Below, piece after piece: positions 37,766 to 46,728 of a stretch of DNA of 64,000 nt. The position numbers and the translations under genes are program-made. Position 1 is the first letter of the stretch. Every line of letters starts with the position of its first letter. Origin of the DNA: Candidatus Moraniibacteriota bacterium (GTDB lineage Bacteria > Patescibacteriota > Minisyncoccia > Moranbacterales > UBA2206); contig JAUSNP010000006.1 in NCBI GenBank assembly GCA_030645735.1, forward strand, positions 260,824 to 324,823. Direction: 5' to 3'. The notes under the pieces are model-generated. The model had not been told where the DNA came from. It ran no database searches and worked only from the letters and a program-made list of their open reading frames with translations.

Positions 37766-39013
37766 TTATTTATTCTGAAAATATTTGACTATTTCAGAAT
37801 TATCCAAAGATACATATTCAACTGCTCCACTTTTTCTATTTTTAATTTCCACTTGGTTGTCACGAATGTTTTTCTCGCTGACAATCACTTGATATGGCAA
37901 ACCGATCAAATCTGCATCGGCAAATTTCACGCCCGCATTTGCCTCTCGATCATCAAACAAAACTTCTAGGCTCTTTTCAGTCAAGGCATCATAAATTTCT
38001 TGTGCCTTGTCATTTTGATTCAAGCTCAACAAATGAATTTTGAACGGCGCCACTGTTTCCGGCCAAATCATTCCCTTGTCATCATGATGCGTCTCTGCAA
38101 TCGTACCCATCAATCTTGAAATTCCTATTCCATAAGAACCCATAAAAACCAACTGACTCTCGCCTTTCTCATCCTTGTATTTCAAACTGAACGGCTCGGA
38201 AAATTTATGGCCCAACGAAAATATATTTCCTACTTCAATAGCTTTCCTCTCAACCAAACTGTTTTTATCCAAACCAAGATCTTTCAAAACTTCATCTGTA
38301 TAAACCTCTTTGTTAACAGCAATGCCTTTTTTCTCATCAATATAAATTATATCTTCACCCGCCTCACTGATTGTTTGAAATTCATGTGAATATTTGGAAA
38401 AAGATCCGCCTGAAGCGAATGTCATAAAAGTTTTATCGCCCAAACCAACTCGTTCAAAAACATTTTTATACGCAACCTTGGCTTTTTCATAATATTCATC
38501 ATGTTGCGTCTCATTTTTTGAAAAAGAATACAAAGCTTTCCAGAAAAATTCCTTGCCCCGCATGATGCCTGATTTAGCACGCGCTTCATTTCGAAAAACA
38601 GTCCTAATATCATAGACATACACTGGCAAATCTTTGTATGATGAAATAAAATTGGTCATCATATTTGACATCGGTTCTTCGTGTGTGAAAGCCAGGGCCA
38701 GTTCAGTTCCGTTTTTCAATTTAGTCTTAAACCAATTGTCCACCAAGTCATCATCCCATCTGTTGGTTTTCTTCCAAACTTCTTGTCTTTGCAACGCCGT
38801 TGATTGCATCTCAACACCACCAGTTTTATTCATTTCATCCCTGACAATATCAGCGATTTTATTCACCACTCGAAGACCCAAAGGTAAAATTGCATATACA
38901 CCTGCCATTTCCTTATATATAAACCCTGCCCGAATCAAAAGTTGAGCGTTAATACTCACTTCGTCTTTCAGGGCATCTTTTTGAGTTTTCGTAAACAGTT
39001 TTGATTGTTTCAT
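37766..39013 (-). CDS. proS: Proline--tRNA ligase, short form without the INS editing domain
   Basis: 415 aa. LLIRAGFIYKEMAGVYAILPLGLRV N-terminus, class II core, anticodon-binding domain. Confidence 0.8.
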   Translation of the reverse strand: MKQSKLFTKTQKDALKDEVSINAQLLIRAGFIYKEMAGVYAILPLGLRVVNKIADIVRDEMNKTGGVEMQSTALQRQEVWKKTNRWDDDLVDNWFKTKLKNGTELALAFTHEEPMSNMMTNFISSYKDLPVYVYDIRTVFRNEARAKSGIMRGKEFFWKALYSFSKNETQHDEYYEKAKVAYKNVFERVGLGDKTFMTFASGGSFSKYSHEFQTISEAGEDIIYIDEKKGIAVNKEVYTDEVLKDLGLDKNSLVERKAIEVGNIFSLGHKFSEPFSLKYKDEKGESQLVFMGSYGIGISRLMGTIAETHHDDKGMIWPETVAPFKIHLLSLNQNDKAQEIYDALTEKSLEVLFDDREANAGVKFADADLIGLPYQVIVSEKNIRDNQVEIKNRKSGAVEYVSLDNSEIVKYFQNK

Positions 39014-39071
39014 AAATTTTTCTTTAATATATGTATAATATTACAAAATAGCTCATTTGCCAAGTCACTTG

Positions 39072-39101
39072 GAGAGGCATCGAAAGATTTCGATGCCTCT
39101 C
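39072..39101. promoter_or_regulatory. Perfect 14-bp-arm palindrome between the proB stop and the proS start
   Basis: GAGAGGCATCGAAA ga TTTCGATGCCTCTC. Confidence 0.4.
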
Positions 39102-39114
39102 ACTTTTGGTTAAA

Positions 39115-39864
39115 TTAATAGAATCTGGTTCCAAAATCCCTCTCTTCACAAACTGCCCGTAAAATGAAATTGTCTTCCCTGGCTGGCATCAGACAAACTT
39201 GCATCCTAGCCCGTGCCAATTCAACTAGAGTTAAGACTTTTGTTCGCATACCATCAGACCCATGACCCAATTCACTACCGCCCTTGGCACATTGCAAAAT
39301 GCTTTCAATTTCACAAGCTTTGATGCGATGCATCACTTGACCATCTAGACTCAGAAAGCCTAATTGATCAAAACCAATCACAGCTACATCTGCCTCAACC
39401 AACAAACACATCAATTTGAAAAGTTTGTCGTTATCAGCACATTGCTCGAGAGCCCTAATTTCCTCATTATCAATCACATCATTAGCATTGATAATTGGAA
39501 CCACATCAACCAGAAACGCTTCTTGCATAATCTTTTTTGTCAGACAAGTTTTCTGACTAGACACATCAATCAATTGCTCATCGGTCAACAGCATCTGCGC
39601 GCCATCGATGCCAAATTTTTCCAGCGCCAAACGAAATTCATTGGCAATGCGTATTTGTCCAACCGCTGAGCGCAAATTTTTTGAACGATTCTGATTTGCA
39701 TCACTCGCAATTGCTCCCGAAGTCACTAGAAAAACTCCCCAACCATCTCGCACAAGTTTTGCAACTTGTCTACAAACTTGCCCAATCAATTGAGAGTTGA
39801 TTTTTCCCGCACTCACCAATGTAGTTGAACCCAATTTTATGCCAACAATCTTTTTCTTTTCCAT
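39115..39864 (-). CDS. proB: Glutamate 5-kinase (no PUA domain)
   Basis: 249 aa. VGIKLGSTTL, VTSGAIA, AVGQ, GQMLLT, PIINANDVI, GSDGMRTK motifs align with E. coli ProB. Confidence 0.75.
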   Translation of the reverse strand: MEKKKIVGIKLGSTTLVSAGKINSQLIGQVCRQVAKLVRDGWGVFLVTSGAIASDANQNRSKNLRSAVGQIRIANEFRLALEKFGIDGAQMLLTDEQLIDVSSQKTCLTKKIMQEAFLVDVVPIINANDVIDNEEIRALEQCADNDKLFKLMCLLVEADVAVIGFDQLGFLSLDGQVMHRIKACEIESILQCAKGGSELGHGSDGMRTKVLTLVELARARMQVCLMPAREDNFILRAVCEERDFGTRFY

Positions 39865-39944
39865 CTTATTTAACCTCTTTAATTTTTTATACTAGGGCGA
39901 ATAAGTATTTTTTACTTATTCGCCCCACTCTTGATTCCTTTTTT

Positions 39945-40502
39945 TTACAAAGTACGAAAGAAGATTCCACGCTCATCCGGCACAGAAACAATCTTGCCTT
40001 CCATGAATTTTCTGGAAACAACCCGTTGTGTCCCAATGATTCTATAGCCATTTTCTTCGAAGATGGGTCGCATTTTTGAATCGAGATTTGTCCGCCCAAT
40101 TGCATACAAAAATCCATTTTGTTTGGCAATGTTCAAACACTCCTCATGCAGCTTGCTTGCGATTCCCAAGTTACGACTACTCCTTTTCACAAAGATATCG
40201 GCAATATAAATCACTTCTTCAACCTCAATACTCTGTGGAACAAAAACAACAACATCACTCTTGAGGCTAACTGGAAAAGCAAATGCTGCCCCGACAATCT
40301 TACCAAGATATGATTGCCAGCCTAGAGAAATATTTTCTGGATAGCGAATCATCTCCCTGAGCCAAGCCGCAGCCTCACCTGATGCAAAAACTTCACACCA
40401 TGGATATTCTGCAAAACACAACTCATATGTCTTGGCCAGTCTCCGCGTCATTGCGCGAGTGACCATCACACTTCTTCCCAATATTAACATGTGCTTCTTC
40501 AT
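39945..40502 (-). CDS. GNAT-family N-acetyltransferase
   Basis: 185 aa. The acetyl-CoA-binding region RNLGIASKLHEECLNIAKQNGF. A perfect hairpin GGCGAATAAGTATTTTTTACTTATTCGCC lies downstream (39896-39930). Confidence 0.6.
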   Translation of the reverse strand: MKKHMLILGRSVMVTRAMTRRLAKTYELCFAEYPWCEVFASGEAAAWLREMIRYPENISLGWQSYLGKIVGAAFAFPVSLKSDVVVFVPQSIEVEEVIYIADIFVKRSSRNLGIASKLHEECLNIAKQNGFLYAIGRTNLDSKMRPIFEENGYRIIGTQRVVSRKFMEGKIVSVPDERGIFFRTL

Positions 40503-40589
40503 ACTCTTAGCTCCTCGTTGTTTTGTTTGAAATCAAAATGAGCAACTCGTTATTGAGCTGCTCATATGTATTAAAAAGTTTTTTATTCT

Positions 40590-40670
40590 ACTTCAAAAAA
40601 ATTTCAAACACATAAAAACCGCCCAATTCTCTGGGGTTATTGTGTTGCGGATGATTGTTTATGTTTTTGA
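40590..40670 (-). repeat. Copy A of a ~110-bp 3'-flank element (hairpin-terminator plus 30-codon micro-ORF at 40578..40670)
   Basis: About 80% identical to 41545-41625. The hairpin CCCAG-agaa-TTGGG is followed by CGGTTTTT (minus-strand sense). Confidence 0.55.
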
Positions 40671-40708
40671 AATTATTCATACATTTAATTAGTACTGCGT
40701 GATTTAGT

Positions 40709-41449
40709 TTACATTTTTTGCTTATTTATCTCGTACAATACATTACTATTTTTAATCTTTTTTAATTTATAACAAACTAGATCTGGATATTGACCCACGA
40801 AAAGTGGGTAAAAGTTTTTCATCTTTTTCCAATCTTCCAACTTCAGAGTTTTTTTATTTTTTCTTTTAATTTGCCCTATGACACTAAAAAATTCTCTATT
40901 CTTCATTTCTTTTTCAATATCCACATTCCTATCGGAGTTTTTCAAAAAATCTAATAATATCTTTTTTAATTCTCTTTTTATTCCATTATCTGATTTTTCA
41001 CCACTTTCTATTTCAATGCCAACCCCATTTTTTGCAAATGTAACCAAAGAACCCTTGGTTGCACTTGAGCTAGGCCAGATTAAAATTCTTTTGATATTAA
41101 AAAGCAACGCCAGTCCTAAATTTTCTAAATTCAACTTAGTCATTATGATGAATATGCCAGTCTTTGAAACACTTCCATGCAAATCTATAACGCAATCATA
41201 TTTTTGAATTTTCTTAAAAAGCATTTCGGCTCGTCTTTCTTCATAATTGCCCATTACATCTCCTGGAAAAACCCTATTCAAATCAGACTCAATAAATCGA
41301 ACCTTCTTTTTCAAAGCCCTTGGATTTGCAATAATAGATGCAAATTTTCCACATAACTTAGTTTTGTTTATTTCTCTTATAACTTCCACGCCAATTGACT
41401 CATCACCATGCACGGCGGTTACAAGCAATATTTTCTTGTTATTTTTCAT
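40709..41449 (-). CDS. Succinylglutamate desuccinylase/aspartoacylase-family zinc hydrolase
   Basis: 246 aa. AVHGDESIG and DLHG zinc-ligand motifs. Confidence 0.6.
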   Translation of the reverse strand: MKNNKKILLVTAVHGDESIGVEVIREINKTKLCGKFASIIANPRALKKKVRFIESDLNRVFPGDVMGNYEERRAEMLFKKIQKYDCVIDLHGSVSKTGIFIIMTKLNLENLGLALLFNIKRILIWPSSSATKGSLVTFAKNGVGIEIESGEKSDNGIKRELKKILLDFLKNSDRNVDIEKEMKNREFFSVIGQIKRKNKKTLKLEDWKKMKNFYPLFVGQYPDLVCYKLKKIKNSNVLYEINKQKM

Positions 41450-41544
41450 AGTTTTTCATTGTCATTTTTAAAAGTTAAAAAAAAACAGCCCTTTCTAGGC
41501 TGGTTCTACATGCTTTCAAAAAATTATATCCATCTATTTCATAA

Positions 41545-41625
41545 TAATTTCAATCGCACAAAAACCGCCTAGTTTGCTAGGATGCCAATTTCGCGGGTGA
41601 TTGTTTATATTTTTGAAATTATTCA
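41545..41625 (-). repeat. Copy B of the ~110-bp 3'-flank element (micro-ORF at 41533..41625)
   Basis: The hairpin CCTAG-caaa-CTAGG is followed by GCGGTTTTT. It lies 3' of the HIT gene. Confidence 0.55.
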
Positions 41626-41659
41626 TATGCCTAATTAATAACATGCGTTAAATTTTTTG

Positions 41660-42112
41660 TCAACCGTTGATTTTTTTCGTCAACTCAGCTAATTTTTCAT
41701 CATCAGCTCGCTTATAGTCATGCGAGGACATGTAGCCTTCGTATGTTTCAAAGTATTTTTCAACATTGGAAGCGTGTTTGCGCCATTCGTCTGTCTTGGT
41801 GCCGTGCATGGGGAAAAGTTTGGCGTGCAAGTGATCGACGCCGAAACCTTCAAACATCAAGCCAGTGCGCCCAACGTCGGGCAATTTTTCGTCCAACAAT
41901 TTGCCGACTTTTTTGGCCGCGCCAACCAAACCCTGCAAAACTTCTTCTGGCGCGTCAAAAGCATAGCTCGGATGATGCGCTTTGGTCACCACTACCGAAA
42001 AACCTTCCGTGTTGGGAAAAATAGACAGAAAAGCTAAATGCAAATCATCCTCCCAAATTTTGTGACTCGGAATTTCACCAGCAACAATTTTACAAAATAT
42101 ACAATCAGACAT
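41660..42112 (-). CDS. HIT-family (histidine triad) nucleotide hydrolase/transferase
   Basis: 150 aa. CIFCKI N-terminus and the histidine triad VDHLHAKLFP. Confidence 0.8.
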   Translation of the reverse strand: MSDCIFCKIVAGEIPSHKIWEDDLHLAFLSIFPNTEGFSVVVTKAHHPSYAFDAPEEVLQGLVGAAKKVGKLLDEKLPDVGRTGLMFEGFGVDHLHAKLFPMHGTKTDEWRKHASNVEKYFETYEGYMSSHDYKRADDEKLAELTKKING

Positions 42113-42156
42113 ATAAAACTATTTTTTATCTCGTAGGGGTTTCACCCCTACATTGT

Positions 42157-42813
42157 TTATTCTAATTCTGGTGCCGTGCTCGCGTCAGAGCTGATTGGGC
42201 AAACATCAGCGGTTGTGCTGTCACAAGGCGCAGTAGTTTCAGCACTCGCATCTTCACTTGCAACTTCCTCATCAACCACGCATTCTGCATCAGTTGCTGG
42301 ATCACATTCTTCTTCAACTACACATTCTTCATCCACCTCTGGATCGCACTCCTCTTCAACCACACACTCCTCATCAACTTCTGGATCGCATTCTTCTTCC
42401 TCAACTGGATTTTCTTCGGTATACACAATTGGATCATTACAGGAAGAAGCGTATTGTTCTTCCATATTGGTCTCGTCACAGAAAATATATTCACATTCTG
42501 GTTCATTTTCTCCACAAGTCAACGCATCACATTCTTCATCATTGGGATCGCACAATGGAATTCGACTAGCATTTCTTTTAATCACTTGAAAATACCAACT
42601 GTTTTCCTCTGGATCTTCCACGCAAGCTTCACCTTCTACAGTCGATTCCGGATCGCATTCCCACAAGAAACATTTTTCCGCATATGGGTCACAATCAGTT
42701 TGCGCTTCGATAATATAATCCTTTTTGACCATTATCTTCCAATAAGTCACCGCCACCGAACCCACAATCAACAAGGCAAAAACCGCGAAAAGAATTTTAG
42801 ATTTTTTGTCCAT
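42157..42813 (-). CDS. Membrane-anchored acidic cysteine-rich repeat protein (about seven CDPxxDEEC-type repeats)
   Basis: 218 aa. N-terminal transmembrane helix. Then TDCDPYAEKC, WECDPEST, LCDPNDEEC and three near-identical EECDPEVDEECVVE units, which are visible as 42-bp tandem DNA repeats. Confidence 0.6.
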   Translation of the reverse strand: MDKKSKILFAVFALLIVGSVAVTYWKIMVKKDYIIEAQTDCDPYAEKCFLWECDPESTVEGEACVEDPEENSWYFQVIKRNASRIPLCDPNDEECDALTCGENEPECEYIFCDETNMEEQYASSCNDPIVYTEENPVEEEECDPEVDEECVVEEECDPEVDEECVVEEECDPATDAECVVDEEVASEDASAETTAPCDSTTADVCPISSDASTAPELE

Positions 42814-42868
42814 AGTAAGATTTTTATTTTATTTTTTATATCTTTATTATACCACCTACTGACCACCC

Positions 42869-42897
42869 TTGACAACCTCGCCAAACCTTGCTATACT
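42869..42897 (+). promoter_or_regulatory. Near-consensus sigma70 promoter
   Basis: TTGACA, 17-nt spacer, TATACT, about 100 bp upstream of the DEAD-box helicase gene. Confidence 0.45.
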
Positions 42898-43000
42898 AGC
42901 TTTTTATGTTAATACTTTGTCTTTGAAGCTCTTTTATAGAGTTCTAGTCTATTCCTTAAGTTGAAACATAAAATTTTTAATTTTTTATGTTTTAACAAAC

Positions 43001-44239
43001 ATGTACAACAAATCACGACGCGGACCGTCCGCGGCAGGTAGACCTGCTCAAAACTCAAGAAACCGCAGTGCTCGTCCAGCTGGACCACGAAGCTTTAGTG
43101 GCAACAGTCGCCCGAAAAGAGGCGGATTTACTGGCGCCTACATTGACCCCAAGATGTTTATCAACAAAGCCGTAGCCGCTCTGCCGGAAGAACCGCATGT
43201 AGTGAAAACTCTTTTTGCCGATCTCGCCCTCAATGATCAATTAAAGCATGCTATTGGCAAACGCGGATATCTGCATCCAACTGACATTCAAGCTAAAACT
43301 ATCCCCCATATTCTGGAGGGCAAAGATGTGATTGGTTTAGCTAACACTGGAACTGGCAAGACTGGCGCCTTTCTTTTGCCAATGATCAACAAGATTATGC
43401 AAGACCCGCGACAAAAACTTTTGGTCGTCGTGCCAACGCGTGAATTAGCTATTCAAATTCAAGATGAATTTTTCGCTTTCACCGAAGGACTTCGTATTCA
43501 ATCCGTTGTAGTGGTGGGAGGAGCCAATATTCGTCCGCAAATTCAAAGACTGCGCTCTCGACACAATGTAGTCATCGGAACTCCTGGACGACTTAAGGAT
43601 GTTATCAACCGCAAAGAATTGAAATTGGAAGGCTTCACTAATATCGTACTCGATGAAGCTGACCGCATGCTAGACATGGGATTCATTGCAGATGTGAAAC
43701 TTTTGATGTCACTTCTTTCTTCCCCACGACAAACATTATTGTTCTCTGCGACACTTTCCAAGGAAATTGAAGCGTTGGTGCAACAATTCTTGACTGATCC
43801 AGTGCGTGTTTCAATCAAATCGCGAGAAACATCAGCGCAAGTTGATCAAGACATCGTGCGTGTCGGCAAAGATGAAGACAAGGTGGAAGTTTTGCGAGCC
43901 CTTTTGGCTCAAACTCATTTCAAAAAAGTTTTGATTTTCGCTCGCACTAAACGCGGAGCTGAAAAATTAGCTGACGCTTTATACAAAATGGGCTTCAAGG
44001 CTGATTCAATCCATGGTGACAAATCACACTATCAACGTCAACGATCATTGCAACTTTTCAAAGATAATCGCGTGGAAATTCTGGTCGCCACCGATGTTGC
44101 CGCTCGCGGACTTGATATCCCTGATGTTAGTCATGTTATCAACTTCGACCTACCCGGCAGTTATGAGGATTACATCCACCGCATCGGCCGAACTGGTCGC
44201 GCTGGAAAAACTGGAACGGCGTTGACTTTCATCAATTAG
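43001..44239 (+). CDS. DEAD-box ATP-dependent RNA helicase with an N-terminal Arg/Ser-rich extension
   Basis: Q-motif, GTGKTGAF, DEAD, SAT, HRIGRTGRAG. Confidence 0.85.
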   Translation: MYNKSRRGPSAAGRPAQNSRNRSARPAGPRSFSGNSRPKRGGFTGAYIDPKMFINKAVAALPEEPHVVKTLFADLALNDQLKHAIGKRGYLHPTDIQAKTIPHILEGKDVIGLANTGTGKTGAFLLPMINKIMQDPRQKLLVVVPTRELAIQIQDEFFAFTEGLRIQSVVVVGGANIRPQIQRLRSRHNVVIGTPGRLKDVINRKELKLEGFTNIVLDEADRMLDMGFIADVKLLMSLLSSPRQTLLFSATLSKEIEALVQQFLTDPVRVSIKSRETSAQVDQDIVRVGKDEDKVEVLRALLAQTHFKKVLIFARTKRGAEKLADALYKMGFKADSIHGDKSHYQRQRSLQLFKDNRVEILVATDVAARGLDIPDVSHVINFDLPGSYEDYIHRIGRTGRAGKTGTALTFIN

Positions 44240-44253
44240 ACCGATCGCCCACC

Positions 44254-44291
44254 AAAAAAATACACTTGCTTTATGCAAGTGTATTTTTTTT
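44254..44291 (+). terminator. Rho-independent terminator
   Basis: ATACACTTGC ttta GCAAGTGTAT followed by a T8 run. Confidence 0.65.
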
Positions 44292-44429
44292 GTCTAAGCA
44301 ACGAGCCCAAAACTAAACAGATTGACTTTTGTTTATTCCCATGCTACAACTACAGCATAAAAGGGTTGTTTTAAATAATTAGAAGTGACCTAGAAAGGAT
44401 CATCTTTAATTAATCTAATATACAATCAT

Positions 44430-44669
44430 ATGGGTATTCTTATTTGGGTCATCTTTGGCGCTTTAGTTGGTTGGGTCGCCTCCATGATTATGGGTTCTGG
44501 TAGTGGAATAATTCAAGACATTATTGTTGGTATCGTCGGCGCCTTGTTTGGAGGCTGGCTCATGAGCTTCTTCGGCAAAGGTGGTGTATCTGGTTTCAAC
44601 TTATACAGCTTTCTCGTCGCCTTGTTGGGCGCCGTCGTCCTAATCGCCATTGTGCGCGCCTTGCGTTAA
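44430..44669 (+). CDS. GlsB/YeaQ/YmgE-family transglycosylase-associated membrane protein
   Basis: 79 aa. G-rich transmembrane helices (GALVGWVASMIMG...GIVGALFGGWL). Confidence 0.65.
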   Translation: MGILIWVIFGALVGWVASMIMGSGSGIIQDIIVGIVGALFGGWLMSFFGKGGVSGFNLYSFLVALLGAVVLIAIVRALR

Positions 44670-44718
44670 ATGCAAAACTCGCCACAAATAAAAACAAGAC
44701 TCGCTAGAGTCTTGTTTT

Positions 44719-45837
44719 TTATTCAGAACTGTTTCTAATAAGTGTTTTTATTTTATTTTCCGCCTCATCCTGCTTTGTTTTGAATTCCTCATATTGTTTC
44801 TTGAACACCTCATAAGCTTGACGATCAATTTCAATCGTCCTTCCACTTTCACTAACGAAAGAATATTTATCATCGGAACCAAAATTGCCTTGCATAATTC
44901 TCTCCAACGCACCTCTTTGCTCTCGATAGCCCGAAGCGTATTCGGCAACATCATCCAGTCTGATTCCGCTATAACTCATTCCCCTATCGGATTTGATATG
45001 CTGGTAGCGTGGATCTTTCTGAAGGGCAATCATCAGACGTGCCACATCTTCTTGATTGGCAAAATTAGTTACAAACCTAGTTTCTTTTCCATCTTTTTCA
45101 AATGGATATGTTTTGGCTTCATCCAAATATTTGAAAGCAATAGCAATTTTTTCTTTGCTTGCGACATCTATCACTAAATCACGAAGTAAAATCATATCCT
45201 TAAGTGGAATATCAAAATAAATCCGTTCCTTACCCCATTCAAGCGTCCCAGACTCTTTCATTTTTTTGGCTTCTTGATTGCGATATTCATACCAAAAAAC
45301 ACCTTCAACAGTTTCGCCATTTTTAACTCTAAAAGTATTAAAGGTGTCTTCTGCTTCAGTATTGGTTGGAACCTCTGGGCCTTGCGTTGGAAGACCCGCC
45401 CTCTTTCTAATTTCATCGGCTGCCATTTGATCATTTTCTCCTTCCTCATCCTTTTCTGATTCTTTTATTTGATCAGCCGACTCTTTATTTCGCAAAGCTT
45501 TGATGGCTAATATTTTTTTCTTTTGTTCACTTTGAGTTTTTTCCGAATCCACATACATTGGAATTATCCAAATATCTTCCAAAACTTCAGCTGGGATTCC
45601 CTCATATTGAGGTGGGATCAAATTCAAACCATCCACATTGTCTTCGGATTGAGAAGCCGGCTCATTTTTTTCTTGCTTCTTTTTATTTCTTTCTACATCT
45701 ATTCCACTACGAAATGACAACGGCAGTTGTTCTATCTCTCCCTCGGTTAAATTCCCAGCTTTAAAACGAGCTAGATATTCCGCCGCCTTAGCTTCTCCGC
45801 CTGTCAAAACTGGCGTTTGTTTATCTGGTTTTAGCAT
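44719..45837 (-). CDS. Hypothetical protein (372 aa; acidic, no recognised domain)
   Basis: Intact ORF flanked by terminator hairpins (44690-44722 and 45940-45960). Confidence 0.5.
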   Translation of the reverse strand: MLKPDKQTPVLTGGEAKAAEYLARFKAGNLTEGEIEQLPLSFRSGIDVERNKKKQEKNEPASQSEDNVDGLNLIPPQYEGIPAEVLEDIWIIPMYVDSEKTQSEQKKKILAIKALRNKESADQIKESEKDEEGENDQMAADEIRKRAGLPTQGPEVPTNTEAEDTFNTFRVKNGETVEGVFWYEYRNQEAKKMKESGTLEWGKERIYFDIPLKDMILLRDLVIDVASKEKIAIAFKYLDEAKTYPFEKDGKETRFVTNFANQEDVARLMIALQKDPRYQHIKSDRGMSYSGIRLDDVAEYASGYREQRGALERIMQGNFGSDDKYSFVSESGRTIEIDRQAYEVFKKQYEEFKTKQDEAENKIKTLIRNSSE

Positions 45838-45969
45838 AATTCTTTATTATCTTTTTATAATTCAATTATATCACATCCTACGCCATATTTTTTTGTGCCT
45901 CACAAAAACATTTATCCACCTCACTTTCTTATACGCAAAAACGCTCACAATGAGCGTTTTATATATTAG

Positions 45970-46040
45970 CACGGGTGGAAGGAGTCGAACCCTCACCAAA
46001 GGTTTTGGAGACCTCCGTTCTACCGCTAAACTACACCCGC
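45970..46040 (-). tRNA. tRNA-Trp (anticodon CCA)
   Basis: Cloverleaf: acceptor GCGGGTG/CACCCGT, anticodon loop CTCCAAA, T-loop TTCGACT, discriminator G. Confidence 0.75.
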
Positions 46041-46167
46041 CCGCCTCATTTGCCAATGAAATGAAAAATACCTACTCTCCGATTTTCATTAAGCTATAAA
46101 AATCATATTCGTAAAAATAATCTCACTAGCAAATGTGGCGGGCACGCCCAAATGGACATACCAAAGA

Positions 46168-46332
46168 TTATTTCGCTTCTTTGTGCACTGTGTGAACCTT
46201 GCATTTCTTGCAATGTTTTTTCATTTCCAACTTTTCTTTCAACATCTTCTTGTTACGAGTTGTGAAATAGTTAGTTGATTTGCAGACTTCGCATTTCATC
46301 TTCGCTAGATTGTCGTTGCCTTTTTTTGCCAT
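46168..46332 (-). CDS. rpmG: 50S ribosomal protein L33
   Basis: MAKKGNDNLAKMKCEVCKSTNYFTTRNKK...KKHCKKCKVHTVHKEAK (54 aa from the ATG at 46332). The listed ORF is over-extended at its 5' end. Confidence 0.85.
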   Translation of the reverse strand: MAKKGNDNLAKMKCEVCKSTNYFTTRNKKMLKEKLEMKKHCKKCKVHTVHKEAK

Positions 46333-46428
46333 AATATTTTCGTGGAACGTGGAACGTGGAACGTAAATCATTGATAGGATATACGTTTCGCGTTATGCGT
46401 TTTGCGTTATATGATTTACAAATTATTA

Positions 46429-46501
46429 ATTTCGCTTGAGCCGTTGAGCAGAATCGAACTGCTGACCTCATCCCTACCAAGGATGTGCTCTACCAACTGA
46501 G
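46429..46501 (-). tRNA. tRNA-Thr (anticodon GGT)
   Basis: GCCGTTGTAGCTCAGTTGGTAGAGCACATCCTTGGTAGGGATGAGG...TTCGATTCTGCTCAACGGCT. Confidence 0.8.
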
Positions 46502-46626
46502 CTACAACGGCAACTTCATTACAATAACCAAATTCCAAGATACAAACATCAAACAAATTTCAAAATTCAACATGGATATTTTTTGGAATTTGTTATTTGT
46601 TTTTTTGGTTTTTGTCACGAAGTGAC

Positions 46627-46712
46627 TGGTGGGCAGAGAGGGAGTCGAACCCCCGTAGACCGAAGTCGACAGATTTACAGTCTGTTGTAATTGACCACTC
46701 TACCATCTGCCC
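46627..46712 (-). tRNA. tRNA-Tyr (anticodon GTA), long variable arm, CCA encoded
   Basis: GGGCAGATGGTAGAGTGGTCAATTACAACAGACTGTAAATCTGT...GGGGGTTCGACTCCCTCTCTGCCCACCA. Confidence 0.8.
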
Positions 46713-46728
46713 ATTTTCAACAACCCAG

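Noticed and set aside
39030-39110. T-box leader upstream of proS
   Set aside because: Only about 100 nt are available and no T-box consensus (AGGGTGGNACCGCG) or specifier-loop architecture is present. Reported as a palindrome only.
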